A stretch of DNA of 64,000 nt. Source: a virus (Duplodnaviria; Caudoviricetes). The stretch covers positions 64,001-128,000 of the IMG/VR virus record IMGVR_UViG_3300033066_001295, one strand, 5' to 3'. The notes beneath the pieces are model-generated. The model saw only the letters and a program-made list of their open reading frames with translations, searched no databases and was not told the origin of the DNA. Below, one piece after another: positions 48,873-61,516 of this stretch. The translations under genes were made by a program, and so were the position numbers. How positions within the stretch are numbered: position 1 is the stretch's first letter; each line of letters starts with the position of its first letter.

Positions 48873-49523
48873 TCACACTTTTATGCATGATGCCTCGTAG
48901 TTTGCCACCCTTATCAGGCGAAGGTTCAGAAGCACATGTGATGGGGTAGGTTTCAAACCGGTCCTGTCCTCCCATTCTTTGACCATCTTTGCAAAGTCAA
49001 CCCTCTTACCATTGAACCTGATGAAGTTGGCAAAGGAGGCAAACTCCTGCGCTTCAGCCTCACTGACTTCATGGTCAGCCGCATATTCAATCCACGTATT
49101 GCAGTAGGCTTTAAGAGCCTCCTCAATGCTTTTCAGGTACGGTATCTGAGGTGTTATACACATCTCGATCTCTTTAGGTGAGCCAACCCTAGCAGCCAAA
49201 CTCTCTGAAGAAGGAAGGACAAAGCCATCAAACTCAGGCTTATTGAAAATTTCAAAAAATGGACGCTTAGTTGAGCATACTTCCATATACCCAGTTGTCA
49301 TACCATCTTCCTCAACTATCTTTCTCCTGAAAAAGAACCATGAGTCTTGACCACCAAAGGTCACTTTCGGCTTTGCTTCAACAAAAGCATGGATTGACTC
49401 ACATAGCTTCCAGTACGAGGGGAGGCCAATGTTCCTGAAGTCTCCCATAGGAGCAGCAGAGGCAGGAATGAAAGGACTGGCAAGCAGTCCAGTGAGTGTT
49501 TTAAGGAAGGTTGATCTTTTCAT
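48873..49523 (-). CDS. Hypothetical protein with Tat-like leader
   Basis: MKRSTFLKTLTGLLASPFIPASAA. Confidence 0.55.
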   Translation of the reverse strand: MKRSTFLKTLTGLLASPFIPASAAPMGDFRNIGLPSYWKLCESIHAFVEAKPKVTFGGQDSWFFFRRKIVEEDGMTTGYMEVCSTKRPFFEIFNKPEFDGFVLPSSESLAARVGSPKEIEMCITPQIPYLKSIEEALKAYCNTWIEYAADHEVSEAEAQEFASFANFIRFNGKRVDFAKMVKEWEDRTGLKPTPSHVLLNLRLIRVANYEASCIKV

Positions 49524-52272
49524 GGATAGTCATAAGCTCTCGGTAAAAGTTTCTTGTGAACAAGCTGAGATGCACCTTCCAAGCAACTTTGTCTGTCATT
49601 CTAGCACCAGCTACTGTGCCTCCAATCGCATAGATGTCCTCCCAGATATTAGTGTTCATGACAAAACTATTATCCTGAATAATGACATCACCACGTCTCC
49701 TGATACATTTCACAGCACGACGCTTCATCGACCTCATAGCCCGAAGAGCCTGTGCTCGTGTAGGCCATAGTTTTCCTCTGTTATAGACAGTCTTTGGCAT
49801 CAGGGAAACAAGTTTTCAGCTTGTGGGCAGAAGCAGGCAGCGTGTGTTGATCGAACACACCTGCAAGGCCCGCTCTTCTGAGAATTGCATGACCCAACTA
49901 CACATGGAGTATAACCATTTGTCAACTTCGGAGTATGACAAGACGCGAGTGCTAGGCAGAGAAAGAGATACCTCATGGGCTTTTGAGCCTTCCTGTTATT
50001 GTGTCATGAAGCTTGAACCGGGCTTTGAACCTCTCCATGACACCCTTAACTAGATCAAGTTCAGACTTCTTTTCTGGACTGATGAAGTTTGGATAGTCGA
50101 TTATCCCTGATGTAAAGCTTAGAGTCATTGCCTCACTCACCAAATCAAAGCACTTGTCACAGTAGTGGCCATAGAACCACTCTGCACAGTCCTTGCATGT
50201 GTACTTGCACATCACACGAGTAGCTGGTTTAGAGCAGGTATCACACGTCCCCCCAATATTAAGGGTTGTTATAACACCATCCCCTGTGTCAACCGACTCG
50301 GACAGCCTCTCTTGAGTAACCAGCCTAGCAGCATTGCCTTTAAGAACCATCTTGGCATTATACTCCGACTCAGTGCCGTACATACCAAACAATGCTGAAC
50401 CTCCGTTATAGGTCCACTCAAAGAGATAGATAGGCTCACTGCGTGTCTCCTGTTTGTTATTGATGACGTAGTAGTAGGTGCTCATTTGCTTTGTCTGCAT
50501 TAGCTACAAGATGCCTCAAGCGTTCATGACTGGGAAGCTTAGACCCAAGCTGAGCAAGGGAGCCGTCAACACCGCTGATATAATACTGCTCTACACCTCC
50601 GTACCTCCCATAGTGAACTCGGTCTTGCAAAGCTGACGGGAGGTTTAGAAATGCCTCGTTGTCTGTGCTCATGAGTATCTGGGTGGACCCCGTTCAAGTA
50701 TCTGGATGCGCTTCAGTAAGTCGAGCAACTTCTCGTCCACTGTCTTGGCCTGCCAAGCTGCCATGGCTTCACGGTGCTCCCGTTCACTGCATTTGTTACA
50801 CTTGGAGTTTGTGTGTAATGTTTCATACTCACAAATGCGGCAATACTCATCTCTTACGAAGGCCATATTACTTGGTAGAAGGGTAAAGAATACCCTTTAA
50901 CAGTGAGCGATCACTGGTTATTTGTCTCAAGATATTTGAAGCTGCTCTAGCCGGAGACATGCCATTAGCAACCAGTTGCTTAAAGACAACATCAGCAAGT
51001 TCAGACAAGATTTCTGGGTTATCAACTAGCCTGTTGTTACCCTTCTCCCATTCATCAATGAACTGACCGAGCGTTGACAAATCATGTGGCCCATCATGTT
51101 CAGGCCCATACTTGTTCTTGAGTACGCGGAATGTTTTGTCTTCAGGAAAGACACGGATAACAAGACAGGCTGGAGTCCACCGGCACCCATCAATGATTTG
51201 GTCACCTGAAAAAATGATGATTCGACTAGCTTCGTGCGTGCTCATAATTTTTGTCTTTCCACCTCCACCACTGCCACCACTTGGGCGGAGTATAGCCAAA
51301 TGATTTAGCCTGTTCCAAGGCATCACGCAAGGCCTCTTCCGAAGAAGATCGACCATTCACTGTTACCTCAGACCAAGAGCCATTTCGTGAGGTCCACGAT
51401 ATAGATTGTCCATATGTGATCATTTAGTCAGTTCTGTTTTCAGGTGGCTTAGTGTATCGTTACCGGTGTACCTTTCCCAGTGTAACACGATATTCTCAAG
51501 AGCATCAGCATTACCTTGTGTTTCTACTACTTCAATAGCGTTGATCACCGCACTGGCACAGACATCAGTCAGGCCGCTGGCAACAGAAATGAATTGGGCA
51601 TTGCCTTTAACAGTTTCAGGACCGTACTCATGGAGCGGTATAAATGCAACAACAGAGCCTTCAAGGTCTTTCAACATCGGTGTGCTGCTCGGGTCATCAG
51701 TATCAGTAGCTACATGCCACGGACCTAATGCTGCCCTCTTCCTCAGCTCAATGATGTCCTTGCATAGCTCCTTGATTTCAGCCGCCCTCTCCCCAAGCCG
51801 TCTGTGTGCTGGGCAAAGGTAGCTCGTGTATCCGGCAGAGATGAGATTGGAACTGAACCGGCACTTGTAGGCGTTGAGGGGGTCATCAACAGGTGTGCAT
51901 CCATCTGTCCGTGGAATGGGCTTGGTCTCCCGTCCACATCGGTTGCACCAATGATAGACGGAATGATCCGCACTCTCACACCTGACATCAATGTGACCGA
52001 GGAGGAGGCAAAGGAGTTTGTTGATATAGTTCATAGATAAGTGATCCGACAATTCTTCTCACAGGATACAACTAGCAACTGCCTAATACTAAGCACTCTG
52101 GCACCAGCTTCTTCAGGGTATCTGTCATAAATCCAGCCTTTGCGTACTGCGCCTATCCTGTTGTCAACCCAGTAGTGATTGCCCCGCTTGTCCACAAAAT
52201 GACGGGTGCCACCATCAAGAAAAGTGCTGGTGCCTCTACTACCACCATAAGGCTCAACTATGACATCAGGCC

Positions 52273-52983
52273 TCATAGAGAGGAAACCATCTCTTCAAAG
52301 TAGGGTGGAAGCTTGTCATACGCCTGCCAAGTGTCATCAGCAGCAACAGCATAAAACCACTTGACTCCACGTTTCTTGGCAAGGTCCAAAGCTGGTTTGA
52401 AGTCAGACTCTTTCATGGCAAAAACAGCTTGGTTACCCTGACTGCTTGGCTTGCTCTTGAGATAACCTTTGGTCTCCCACACCAGTGTGTACTTACATGT
52501 AGTCTTCATGTCATAGCCCGGATTGGCAATGCTTGTGGCAGCTTCAGGGACACTCGTGTTCCTCTGCCAGTCATCAAAGAAGAACTGGTTGACACCGTAC
52601 AGACTCTTCCACTTGCTTGCGTCGTCCTGTATATCAGATGATGGTCTCTGAGTGCTCTTGTCACCCTGCCATGTCACCATGTCGATGTAGCCAAACAGAA
52701 CAGCATTGTTCCCTTTCAAGCTATTGATCACCTTGTCCCACCCTTTGTCCTTGGACTTGCCCGGACCATCTACCACGTTCAAGATGACGCCGATTTTCTT
52801 GCTGCGTGACGCATCAACTACCTGACTGGCATAGCTCAAGTCATAGAGCGGCACCAACAACTGGATGGTAGATGATGGCTTTGAAACATCAGGCAAGGGC
52901 ACCTTTGAAAGGTCTGGCACTGGGATCAAACAAGATGCCAGAGCGAAGATAGAAACGGCTGATAGGATGATGCTTTTATTCAT
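52273..52983 (-). CDS. Spherulin-4 / GH135-like lipoprotein
   Basis: Lipobox LASC; LLVPLY..VILN..GPG..W..LFGYI..W..YGV.QFFFD. Confidence 0.7.
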   Translation of the reverse strand: MNKSIILSAVSIFALASCLIPVPDLSKVPLPDVSKPSSTIQLLVPLYDLSYASQVVDASRSKKIGVILNVVDGPGKSKDKGWDKVINSLKGNNAVLFGYIDMVTWQGDKSTQRPSSDIQDDASKWKSLYGVNQFFFDDWQRNTSVPEAATSIANPGYDMKTTCKYTLVWETKGYLKSKPSSQGNQAVFAMKESDFKPALDLAKKRGVKWFYAVAADDTWQAYDKLPPYFEEMVSSL

Positions 52984-54379
52984 TGAAATTTGAAGGGGTT
53001 GTTAAAACATTTCAGCTTTGCTTTTACTAGAAACCTTTTTCGATTGCGTCATTAAGGAAGTGGAGAACACGCTTCTTAATGGATGGTTCAGAATACCTTG
53101 GGATAGCAGTGCCATTGTTGATAGTGGCAATATCAGTAGGCAGCACAGGGTTTATCAGACCAAGTGCTAACAGGGCCTTATTTGTCACGTCACGAAGCTT
53201 TGACGTATTCGTAAAGGCAGAGCTATTAAAGTCAGAACAGTTATGAAATGAGAAGTCGCTGGGGTCTGAAACAAGCCTTGTGTAGTGCCCAATAGCACAG
53301 CACTTAGACTTACCATCAGTAAAATCTCCTGTAATCCAGTTCTTCTCTGGAATGTTTGAGAGCAAGCGTAAAGCGTGCTGGCAGATTGTCTCACCTGCTC
53401 GTTGCTGATATGTGTTATCCATAAATTGTTCCAGTCGGTCATGCGTCAAGCATAATATGAACTTTACCAGCAACCTCATTACATGGTCCACGTTCTGGAT
53501 CACCAAGAATAAGGTCTGAGCCTTCGCGCCTGATATGCCACCCAGCTTCAGTACCACAAGGGTTGCTGGCATTGGCAAATTCAACCACCTGCTCGTCAGT
53601 CCAGTCAGCAGGAACACACACCTGCATGTCGAGAACGCCATAGTAGGATACAGTGGCTCCTGAAGGAATGGGGTCACTGAAGGCTGCATTAGCCACGTCA
53701 TTGTTCATGAGGGTTGCCACTCTCCTGCCGATGGAGTCCTGAATCTTGGCAGCCTCAGTCTCGTCCATATTGCGTGAAAAAGATGTGCGACCAGTAAGAA
53801 AGCCCCAACCGCGCATATCGAGAATACGGTTGCCTTCGCTATCTTCGATCCACTGAATGACAGAAACCGGCACACAGTAAAGCGGATTTGTGGTGCTCAT
53901 ATCAGATTCCCACAAAAAGGCACCCAAAAACCCATTTCCTACCTGCAATCGGGTAAATTCGTCCTCAAGATAGTACCAAGTGACAGTGGACATAAAGCGC
54001 AAAATGGTTACACATTTGGCTCCTCACCAAGCTCCTTTACCACTCTTTCCCGCTCCTTCCACCCTGCCCTGCTCCCCTCGTAACCTTCCTCTTTTAACAT
54101 TGGCTGCCTTGCTCTGTGCAAGTTCCACCCGGATGCAAAGCAATCCATCTCGTTCAGTGTCATGGACCTCACTCTCTTTAGCTTACCTGCCTCTGTGGTA
54201 AGTGTTATTGGCTTGTCCTTTGTCATAGCTCTTGTGTAATAGGTTGTTCAGGAAAGTATAACACTGTCCGGTAAATGCCGCAACACTCATGATAACAAAG
54301 AGGTGTCAAGGTCTCCCAGCCTTCAGCAAACTTGTCAGCAAGTGCGTGGATACCCTCATGCCCGCTCTCCTGATCATAC

Positions 54380-54724
54380 TCAATTATTGCTATCTTCATC
54401 TTCCCAAAGGCCAAGGGTGCGAAGGAAGGCTTCTGCGCGTTGGGCGGCAGTGGTGTGTATTTCTGCAAAATAGCCCAGAGAGTCTCCAGATAGAAGGAGG
54501 CTAACATAGTCTTGTTGCTGCTCTTCAGTAAGCACCTTCTCTGCCTCATGCATGGCATTGAGGTCAGAGAGGTAGTCTGGAAGCCAATAGCAAATTGATC
54601 CATCTGGGTTTCTATCCCACTTCTTTTCTTCTTTCCAGTGTAGTAGCCCATTCCCTAACTTAGGAGTACCTTTAGTCCACCCACAAGCTTCAGCTATTTT
54701 GACTCTCTGTAGTTCAGGCTTCAT
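54380..54724 (-). CDS. Member of the 4-copy paralog family
   Basis: IAEACGW..PDYLSDLNAMHEAE..TAAQRAEAFLRTLGLW. Confidence 0.7.
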   Translation of the reverse strand: MKPELQRVKIAEACGWTKGTPKLGNGLLHWKEEKKWDRNPDGSICYWLPDYLSDLNAMHEAEKVLTEEQQQDYVSLLLSGDSLGYFAEIHTTAAQRAEAFLRTLGLWEDEDSNN

Positions 54725-55076
54725 CTTCCCAAAGGTTGAATGTTCTGAGGAAGGCTTCTGCTCTTTGTGAAGAGGTGGCGTGAATAGCACGACCAAAACG
54801 ACCCTCCCAGCCAGTTGTGTCCCCGTCTTCATCACGCTGGAACATGCTTCCGATATAGTGTCTGAATGTAGCACGCTGTCCACGATTCATTGTTGCCTCA
54901 GCCTCATGCATAGCGTTGAGGTCCTCTAGGTAGTTGCGAAGGTGCTGCCTATGCTTGCCGTAAATGGAGCCGTCTGGAGGTATTCCAGCGTAAGAGGCAC
55001 AGGCGTTATTACATCGCTCAACGGATGTCCAGCCTTCAAGCTTGGCTATGTTGATGATGATCTGACTGTCTGTCAT
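54714..55076 (-). CDS. Member of the 4-copy paralog family
   Basis: IAKLEGW..NYLEDLNAMHEAE..ATSSQRAEAFLRTFNLW. Confidence 0.7.
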   Translation of the reverse strand: MTDSQIIINIAKLEGWTSVERCNNACASYAGIPPDGSIYGKHRQHLRNYLEDLNAMHEAEATMNRGQRATFRHYIGSMFQRDEDGDTTGWEGRFGRAIHATSSQRAEAFLRTFNLWEDEA

Positions 55077-56647
55077 GATGTTGTCAGTGATCTCTTCTTC
55101 ATCGAAAGGGGTTTGTTCTGACGGGCAAGCCTGTTGGAACACTGAAACTTGGCACAAATCCACTCCTCAGTCCTCCCACACTTCCATGCCACCCTGATCT
55201 TCTCCTTATCAGTAAGGGTGATCCTCTTGTAAGGGTCACGCTTGAAGCCACAGGAACACTGAAAGGCTGCATCGTTATACTTCTTGCCACACTGGCAGGC
55301 ATACCACACTAAAGGGGTTGGGGTTCGGTTACTCATCTTGATATAAACTCAATAACTCCCTTCAGAAACATAAGGGCACTCACCAAGGCTAGTATAACAG
55401 CAATTGGCATAAGCCACAAGCCGCCACCTTCCTCAATTATTTGGTTTGGAGGAAAAACAGGAGGGGGAGGAACGGGTGTCTTCTTGCATGGTGAAGAGGG
55501 GGCACCACAATAGGGACACTTTTCATTCTCCTTGACCTTGTTGTTACAATAGGCGCAGATGTTCATGTGTTTCCTTTAATTGCCTCCTTGGCTGCCTTCA
55601 GTTTTTCCATGGCATCCGTTAAGACTGGACGAACGGTTTCATGCAATGACCTGACACCAGCCTCATAAGGTTTGAGGTAGTGCTTGCCCAAGTGCTCATA
55701 GAACACCTTCAGGAAGTCATCCACATTATAACCGCACATCTCATAAAGAGCGCAGGCTTCGACTTCGCTGAGTTCGAGAGTGACTGATAAGGTTGCCCCG
55801 ACAGAGGCTTTTGCCAGCTTAGCCATTGTAGAATGGGTTTGGGATTACAAACATCAGGTAAGGTATGACAAGATTGAGCAGTTTGCCACTTTCAGACTTA
55901 CCCATGAAGAACAGGATAGCATCATCACTATTTTTGAACCTCCTGCTACAGAAGCACTCAAATGACACGGCCCATGCAAAGAGTATGGTCTCTTTGTACA
56001 TCAAGCAATACACCACACTTTCACGTGTGTCTGTATCGAATGACTGGAAGGAGAAGTTGTTAAGCATGTGGGTTTAACCAGATTTCTTCGAGTTTGGCGA
56101 GGTTGTTGAGAACGATGTTGATGGACTTCTTTGACACCTTGCTGTGATCATGGATGAGGGCTATAAGAGCCTTCCGGGAAAGACGGCTGTTATTGAGGGC
56201 CTTCATCGAATTTGAAATCTGAAGAAGAGCCTTGGTGATCTCATTAGCATCAAAGACAAAGGGTGGTTCAGGTGGTGGTGGTGGCTGTTTCATAGTTGTA
56301 GTACACTGTTAATCAAGCCTAACATGGCTTGTATAGAAGATGTTTTGGCTGTGGGCAAGTCCTTCAGTGCATCACGGACAACAACAAGTGCAGTGGCATA
56401 CCTCCTCCTCTCGTTGAGTGCCTCTGAAAAGCTAGACATGGCAGTTCTCACATCCTTGTGCAATTCTGCAACTTCGTTCCGTGCCTTCTGGAGAAATTGA
56501 ACATTCTTCTCCCTGAGTTCTGTTAGAGTGAAGTCAAGAGTGGACGAGTGGCGTTTCTCATCGGCCAGACGTTCTTCAAGTGTGCTCAGATCATTGAGAA
56601 GGTCTTCTACATCGAGAAGGCCTTCTTTGAACTGCTGTCTGCGCCTG

Positions 56648-57028
56648 TCATATTTTGGGGTGCTCATCGAGGGTCTTGATTAAAGCTTTCACTCTCTGTT
56701 TGGCGGTGGCTGATACCACCTCTCTTGCTGGAATGCTGCGTTGTGTCCGCACCCTCATGTAAGTGACCTCACAGAGGTTATGGAGGTAGGTGTTCCAGAT
56801 GTTCTCACCCTTGCTCCTCAGCACCTTTTCAACCTCATTAATGGCATTGAGGTCGTCGTCATAAACCGGGATATAATACATTTCCTCCCCGATCTCAGGT
56901 TTAGCACAAGGCCTTCCATGACCGCTTATGTGGCGACCGGAGGGGCTGACAATCCACCAGTAATCAGAAAATTCAGCAACCTCGAAGCCGTGAAACTTGG
57001 CTATCCTAACTCTCTCTTTGGCAGTCAT
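56648..57028 (-). CDS. Member of the 4-copy paralog family
   Basis: IAKFHGF..PVYDDDLNAINEVE..ATAKQRVKALIKTL. Confidence 0.65.
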   Translation of the reverse strand: MTAKERVRIAKFHGFEVAEFSDYWWIVSPSGRHISGHGRPCAKPEIGEEMYYIPVYDDDLNAINEVEKVLRSKGENIWNTYLHNLCEVTYMRVRTQRSIPAREVVSATAKQRVKALIKTLDEHPKI

Positions 57029-57262
57029 TTCAGTCTGAGTAGTTTTCCGGTTCCACTGCATTTGGGGCACCAGCCTTTGCTGGATGGGTAGGCAAACTCA
57101 CCGTTCATGCAGCCCACTTGGTCACATTGAATCAGTTTCATGTTTGGAGGGAGAGGCGTGCTGGCTTCAAGCTCTGCTATCCTTGCCTCAAGAGAGCGTG
57201 ACACAAGAGATGGAACAAACAAATGCCTTGCCCCGTCCACCTTGAAAACACGGATATTGGCA

Positions 57263-57562
57263 TCAGTTTTCATCGTGGTTAACCGGACTCGGTTGTGATA
57301 ATACAATGTTGGGCCTCCATCCGCGCATTTGCCCCCACATGCCGTTCCATGTCCATCCGCCGCCATTGTGGGTGATCCATTTTGCGAGCACGATGGATGT
57401 CCATTCGGCTTTCTCGGCCTTTGGCGCGTGGCGTCTGCTACGATGGTAGATCAGCACTTGGATCAGTGTTCCGTCCTTCGGTGCCTCACTCATCCGCCGC
57501 CAAGGCCCAACAATTTGCTGCTCCCGACACGGCGGGCTGATTAGTTTTCCTGAGTCACTCAT
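57263..57562 (-). CDS. DUF551-like small phage protein
   Basis: WRRMSEAPKDGT.I...GWRP; related APKDGT ORF at 47489-47779. Confidence 0.5.
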   Translation of the reverse strand: MSDSGKLISPPCREQQIVGPWRRMSEAPKDGTLIQVLIYHRSRRHAPKAEKAEWTSIVLAKWITHNGGGWTWNGMWGQMRGWRPNIVLSQPSPVNHDEN

Positions 57563-57871
57563 GCTGTTGATTCCTTTCTGGTTGATCTGCCGCCGTGCCG
57601 GAGAGCAAGGCGTTAGGAGTCCCAGATATGTGGTTGTCGTATCGCATCAGCCCCAGCTTTCGCAGAGCCTTACCGAAGGCCATCGCGCAGACTGGTGGGC
57701 CTCCATTATTGGAGTATCGCCATGCCAGCGGATATTCTTCGTATGGAAAGACCGCGTTAATGAGTTCGTGGTAGCCGATTCTCGGTTTCCACGCCGCCCG
57801 GATTCGGTCACACAGCGGACTCCTAACAATTCGCTGATGTGACCGCCGGGTAGTGATTGGTGTCGGATATT

Positions 57872-58228
57872 TCATACTTCTTCAATTAGCCCACTTCTGA
57901 CGTACCAGTAGAGTATATCAGCTATTTCGTCAAACGAATAGCCTTCATCATTGAGCTTGGCCAGAGTGTAGTTTATACCATCACAGGAGCCAAGATAGCC
58001 AGACTCACTCTTCAAGCCACCGATCCCTTTTGGTGGGTAAATCAGACAGCCACCGTACCTTATAGAGCCAATTGCTGAAACCCCTTTTAGCCCTTTAATC
58101 CGGCAAAGAACACCAAGGCAACAGTTACTTTCCTCACCTTGCCAAGTAGAGGCTAACCTGCCTGTGCCTTGTATGTACTCACCTGAACGGAGAGCATCAA
58201 TCAATTCGAGTGCATCTGATTTATTCAT
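57872..58228 (-). CDS. Phage hypothetical protein
   Basis: ALRSGEY.QG.G.L..CCLGVLC..LAKLNDEGYSFDEIAD. Confidence 0.7.
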   Translation of the reverse strand: MNKSDALELIDALRSGEYIQGTGRLASTWQGEESNCCLGVLCRIKGLKGVSAIGSIRYGGCLIYPPKGIGGLKSESGYLGSCDGINYTLAKLNDEGYSFDEIADILYWYVRSGLIEEV

Positions 58229-58609
58229 GGTCCCAACCTATTTCTTTTGATATTTGTGGTGTAAAGCCCCCACAAGCGTGAAGGCGAGAGGCGATGTGAT
58301 CAAGTGTTTTGCACTCACTTTCGAGCTTGGAGCTAAACTCTGGTGTGCCTATGGCTGAAGAGCCGGGAGAAGGAAGAAACCTCCACCATGCACAAAGCTG
58401 TTCTCGGGAGGCTTCTTTGATCTGACCTTCTGTAGGATATATCATGTCTCCATGAAACTTGTCAAACTTATCCTTTGATATGGTAACCACGCTCTTGTCA
58501 TCAAAGTAGCTGATTGTTTTTGGTTCGTGCAATGGCACCATTGGCATCTTGCCCACGGCTGACATGAGAGCCGTAGGGTTACCGTGCTTGTCTTTGACCA
58601 AGTAATAGT

Positions 58610-58939
58610 TCACTTCTGTGGGATGATGATGGTTGTCTCGTTATGTGATGTCTTACCACTTTGAATGTTCCTGTTAACTGACACAGGATCATCTGTCACC
58701 ACCTTCCCATCATTGATGAAGAGATAAACAAAATGAGCACTAAGCCCACGTGACACATGACCAACTTGAAACCGGTAGAGCTTCCTCCCATCAGATAGGT
58801 TACAAACAAACTCAGGCTGTGTTACATCAGCAACAGTGGTAAACTTTGGGTCATACACTGAGTCACCTGTGCCGGGTTGACGGTCACAAGCAGCCAAGCT
58901 TAGGATGGTGACGAGGGCGATTAGTTCGATGTATTTCAT
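58610..58939 (-). CDS. Putative lipoprotein
   Basis: Lipobox LAAC. Confidence 0.6.
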   Translation of the reverse strand: MKYIELIALVTILSLAACDRQPGTGDSVYDPKFTTVADVTQPEFVCNLSDGRKLYRFQVGHVSRGLSAHFVYLFINDGKVVTDDPVSVNRNIQSGKTSHNETTIIIPQK

Positions 58940-59592
58940 GGTTTTGATGTGTGTGATCCGTCGTTAACAAATGCTGCACAGGTCTCACCGCCCTCACCAC
59001 AAAAGAAAACACGGGCATGTTTCTGGTCTCGGGTGATCCAGCGAATGCAGCTTTCCCTGACACTGCACTCGTCATTGTGACAACGCGCTATGTCGGCTGC
59101 TGGCCAGTTGGTGAATACTCCTGCTTTATTACTCATCTTGGTGCTCCAAAGTCTTTCCACACTTCCCCATTAATTGACCAAGGCAGACTACCTGTCTCCT
59201 CCTTTAGTCTCGAAAACTCATCGGTGGTAAGTCTGGCGAAGAAGGCCATCATTGCCTCCAGTTCTGTTCTACCAGTTCCTACTGTTGGTGATCCGGGGCG
59301 TTTAGGCCACACCAAGTCACAAATAAAACCAGCATCATCACCAACAGGTATTATCTCAAACTTCATCTTTTGGTGTATTTCACCCGGTAACGACCAACAA
59401 CATTGCCATTGGCGTCCTGCAAAGAACGCTGGTCACAACAATTGGTCACATGTTTGGCTGCATCACGCAGAATGGAAGCTATGTGGGTGAGTGCGGTCAA
59501 CTGGCTCACCTCTGGGTCATCGCTTTCACCCTGAAAAGCAGCGTTCTCACAGGTAAGTTCAAGGCTGAATGATTTGACTTTTGACTTCGATG

Positions 59593-60210
59593 TCATGGGG
59601 CAGCAACGTGTTGGTTGGTTTCAACTGAGATAACTGGGTAGGGTGCCTTGCCACCTTCAAACCAGTCATGGCCAAGGCAGTACACTCGTGGGAAACCAGC
59701 CGCTTCAGCATCTCGTGCAAAACTGGTTTCCGGTGTGGAATTGATGATTAGGCCGCGCTTTTGCTGGTTAGGGGCAGCAACATTGACAGGCTGAAAATCG
59801 AATGGACTGTCAAGGTTTCCCGCTCCGGGGACACACGGAGAGCAAAACTGGGCGTACGTGTAGTAAGGCGACTTGGTAACAATGGCATCATTGTCCAGAC
59901 AGTCAGCTATGGCATACCCATCCTTGTTATAGGACCACCCGTTTGATTCGATGAAGTCTGGCATGTCGGCATCAAACTCCTCGCCACATTCTGAGCAGGT
60001 GATTGTGTCACCCCAGTTGTCAGCGTGCTCTTCATGGCCACACTCTGGGCACTCGAAGGCATCCTGTGGTGTTCCGTAGTCTGGATCAACGTCATCCAGT
60101 GCCTCTGGCATGATGGAGTTACAGGAGATAACCCCATAGCTGTAGCCTGTAGCATGGTCGATGTTGGTCCGACCAAGACCGTAGTCAATTCCGGGGTGCG
60201 AAGCTTTCAT
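59593..60210 (-). CDS. Zn-ribbon hypothetical protein
   Basis: CPECG..CSECG; CSPCVPGAGNLD. Confidence 0.65.
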   Translation of the reverse strand: MKASHPGIDYGLGRTNIDHATGYSYGVISCNSIMPEALDDVDPDYGTPQDAFECPECGHEEHADNWGDTITCSECGEEFDADMPDFIESNGWSYNKDGYAIADCLDNDAIVTKSPYYTYAQFCSPCVPGAGNLDSPFDFQPVNVAAPNQQKRGLIINSTPETSFARDAEAAGFPRVYCLGHDWFEGGKAPYPVISVETNQHVAAP

Positions 60211-61516
60211 TTACTTTTTTGATGGATTGGATTACTGCTTCAATTTCTGCCCAATGTGGGGCAGCCTTCAAGTCTGCCAGTTCCTTGTCAGTAGGCTTCC
60301 TGACAGTGAGATCATCGTTGAAGAGCAGCACATGCTGGCACTTCAAACAGAGGGAGACGGAGTCGATGGAATTGGGTTCAGGGGTACCATCACCAGTGGC
60401 ACAGTCAACTTTACACCCACAGTATGGGCAAGCATTCTCTGGTGTTGATATAGGCTCTGAACTCAAGCCTTTGAGGAGGTTTTTAATCGCGTCCATTGTC
60501 GTCGTAAGGTTTGATTTTCTTGAAGCTGATTGGCTGGGTGTCTGAACCGACTTGGCGAACAACATTGTCGGCCAAGGCATCCTTCTGATCTTCAGAAAGG
60601 GCATCATACTTCTTTTGGGCTTTGCCGGTCATCCGCTCATTGATGCGATCACCAATAGAGGTTCCACCAAGACATCCAGTGTTAAGGATGTAGGCTGCTA
60701 AGCCAGTGAAAAGGGACCCGAGAAGCCAGCGAAAATCGCCAGTCAGGAATGTAATGACAACGAGGGCAAAAGCCGTTCCACTCAAAAAAGTGATCACTGT
60801 GTAGCGAATATAGGGCATGGGTTTCATAGATTGTTGTTGTTATAGTTCTGGAATTCTCTCAAGGCCGTGTCGATCTTATGGGCCAAAACTCCCGGATAAC
60901 CGAAGTGAGCAAGCTGTTCTTGAGCGTCACTCAGGGCTGAAACAAGCTTACGCACTGTCTCAACAGGCACTGCTTTTACTTCTGGGATGTCCTTGTTCTT
61001 GCCCATCAGAGCATGAGTGTGGTAGGGCCAGCCACAGTAAGGCTCGACACAGACACCACTTTCTGACATCTTGGATTCTGGGATAACCCCGTCAGTAGCA
61101 CACTCAAGCTCATAGGTACGACGGTTAAGGGCACTGGTAAGCTGAAATACCCGGTAGTTTAGGTTTGCCACCTCAGCCTTTAGACTGGAAAGTTCGTCCA
61201 TTATGCCACCTCCTTTGCATCAAGGCCATAGGACAACTCACCCCACTCCAAGCTGTCACCAACAGCGTTCAGCCATGACTTGAACTGGGACCGGTAGCCT
61301 TCAGACTTTTCGGCAACATCCGTGCCCTGCTTACCACCATCAGGTGGCACAAAAAAGCTCACAAAGCCATTGATTGGAGAGTGACAAATTTCAGAAGGTG
61401 ACAAACTGAGGGCTTCAGCCTGCTTTCTGGCCGCATGGATGTTGGCAAGACCATCTGGGAAGAAGACGGAAGCCGTCACAACAATTGCCTTGTGGATGAT
61501 CTTGCTCATGGAAGAG

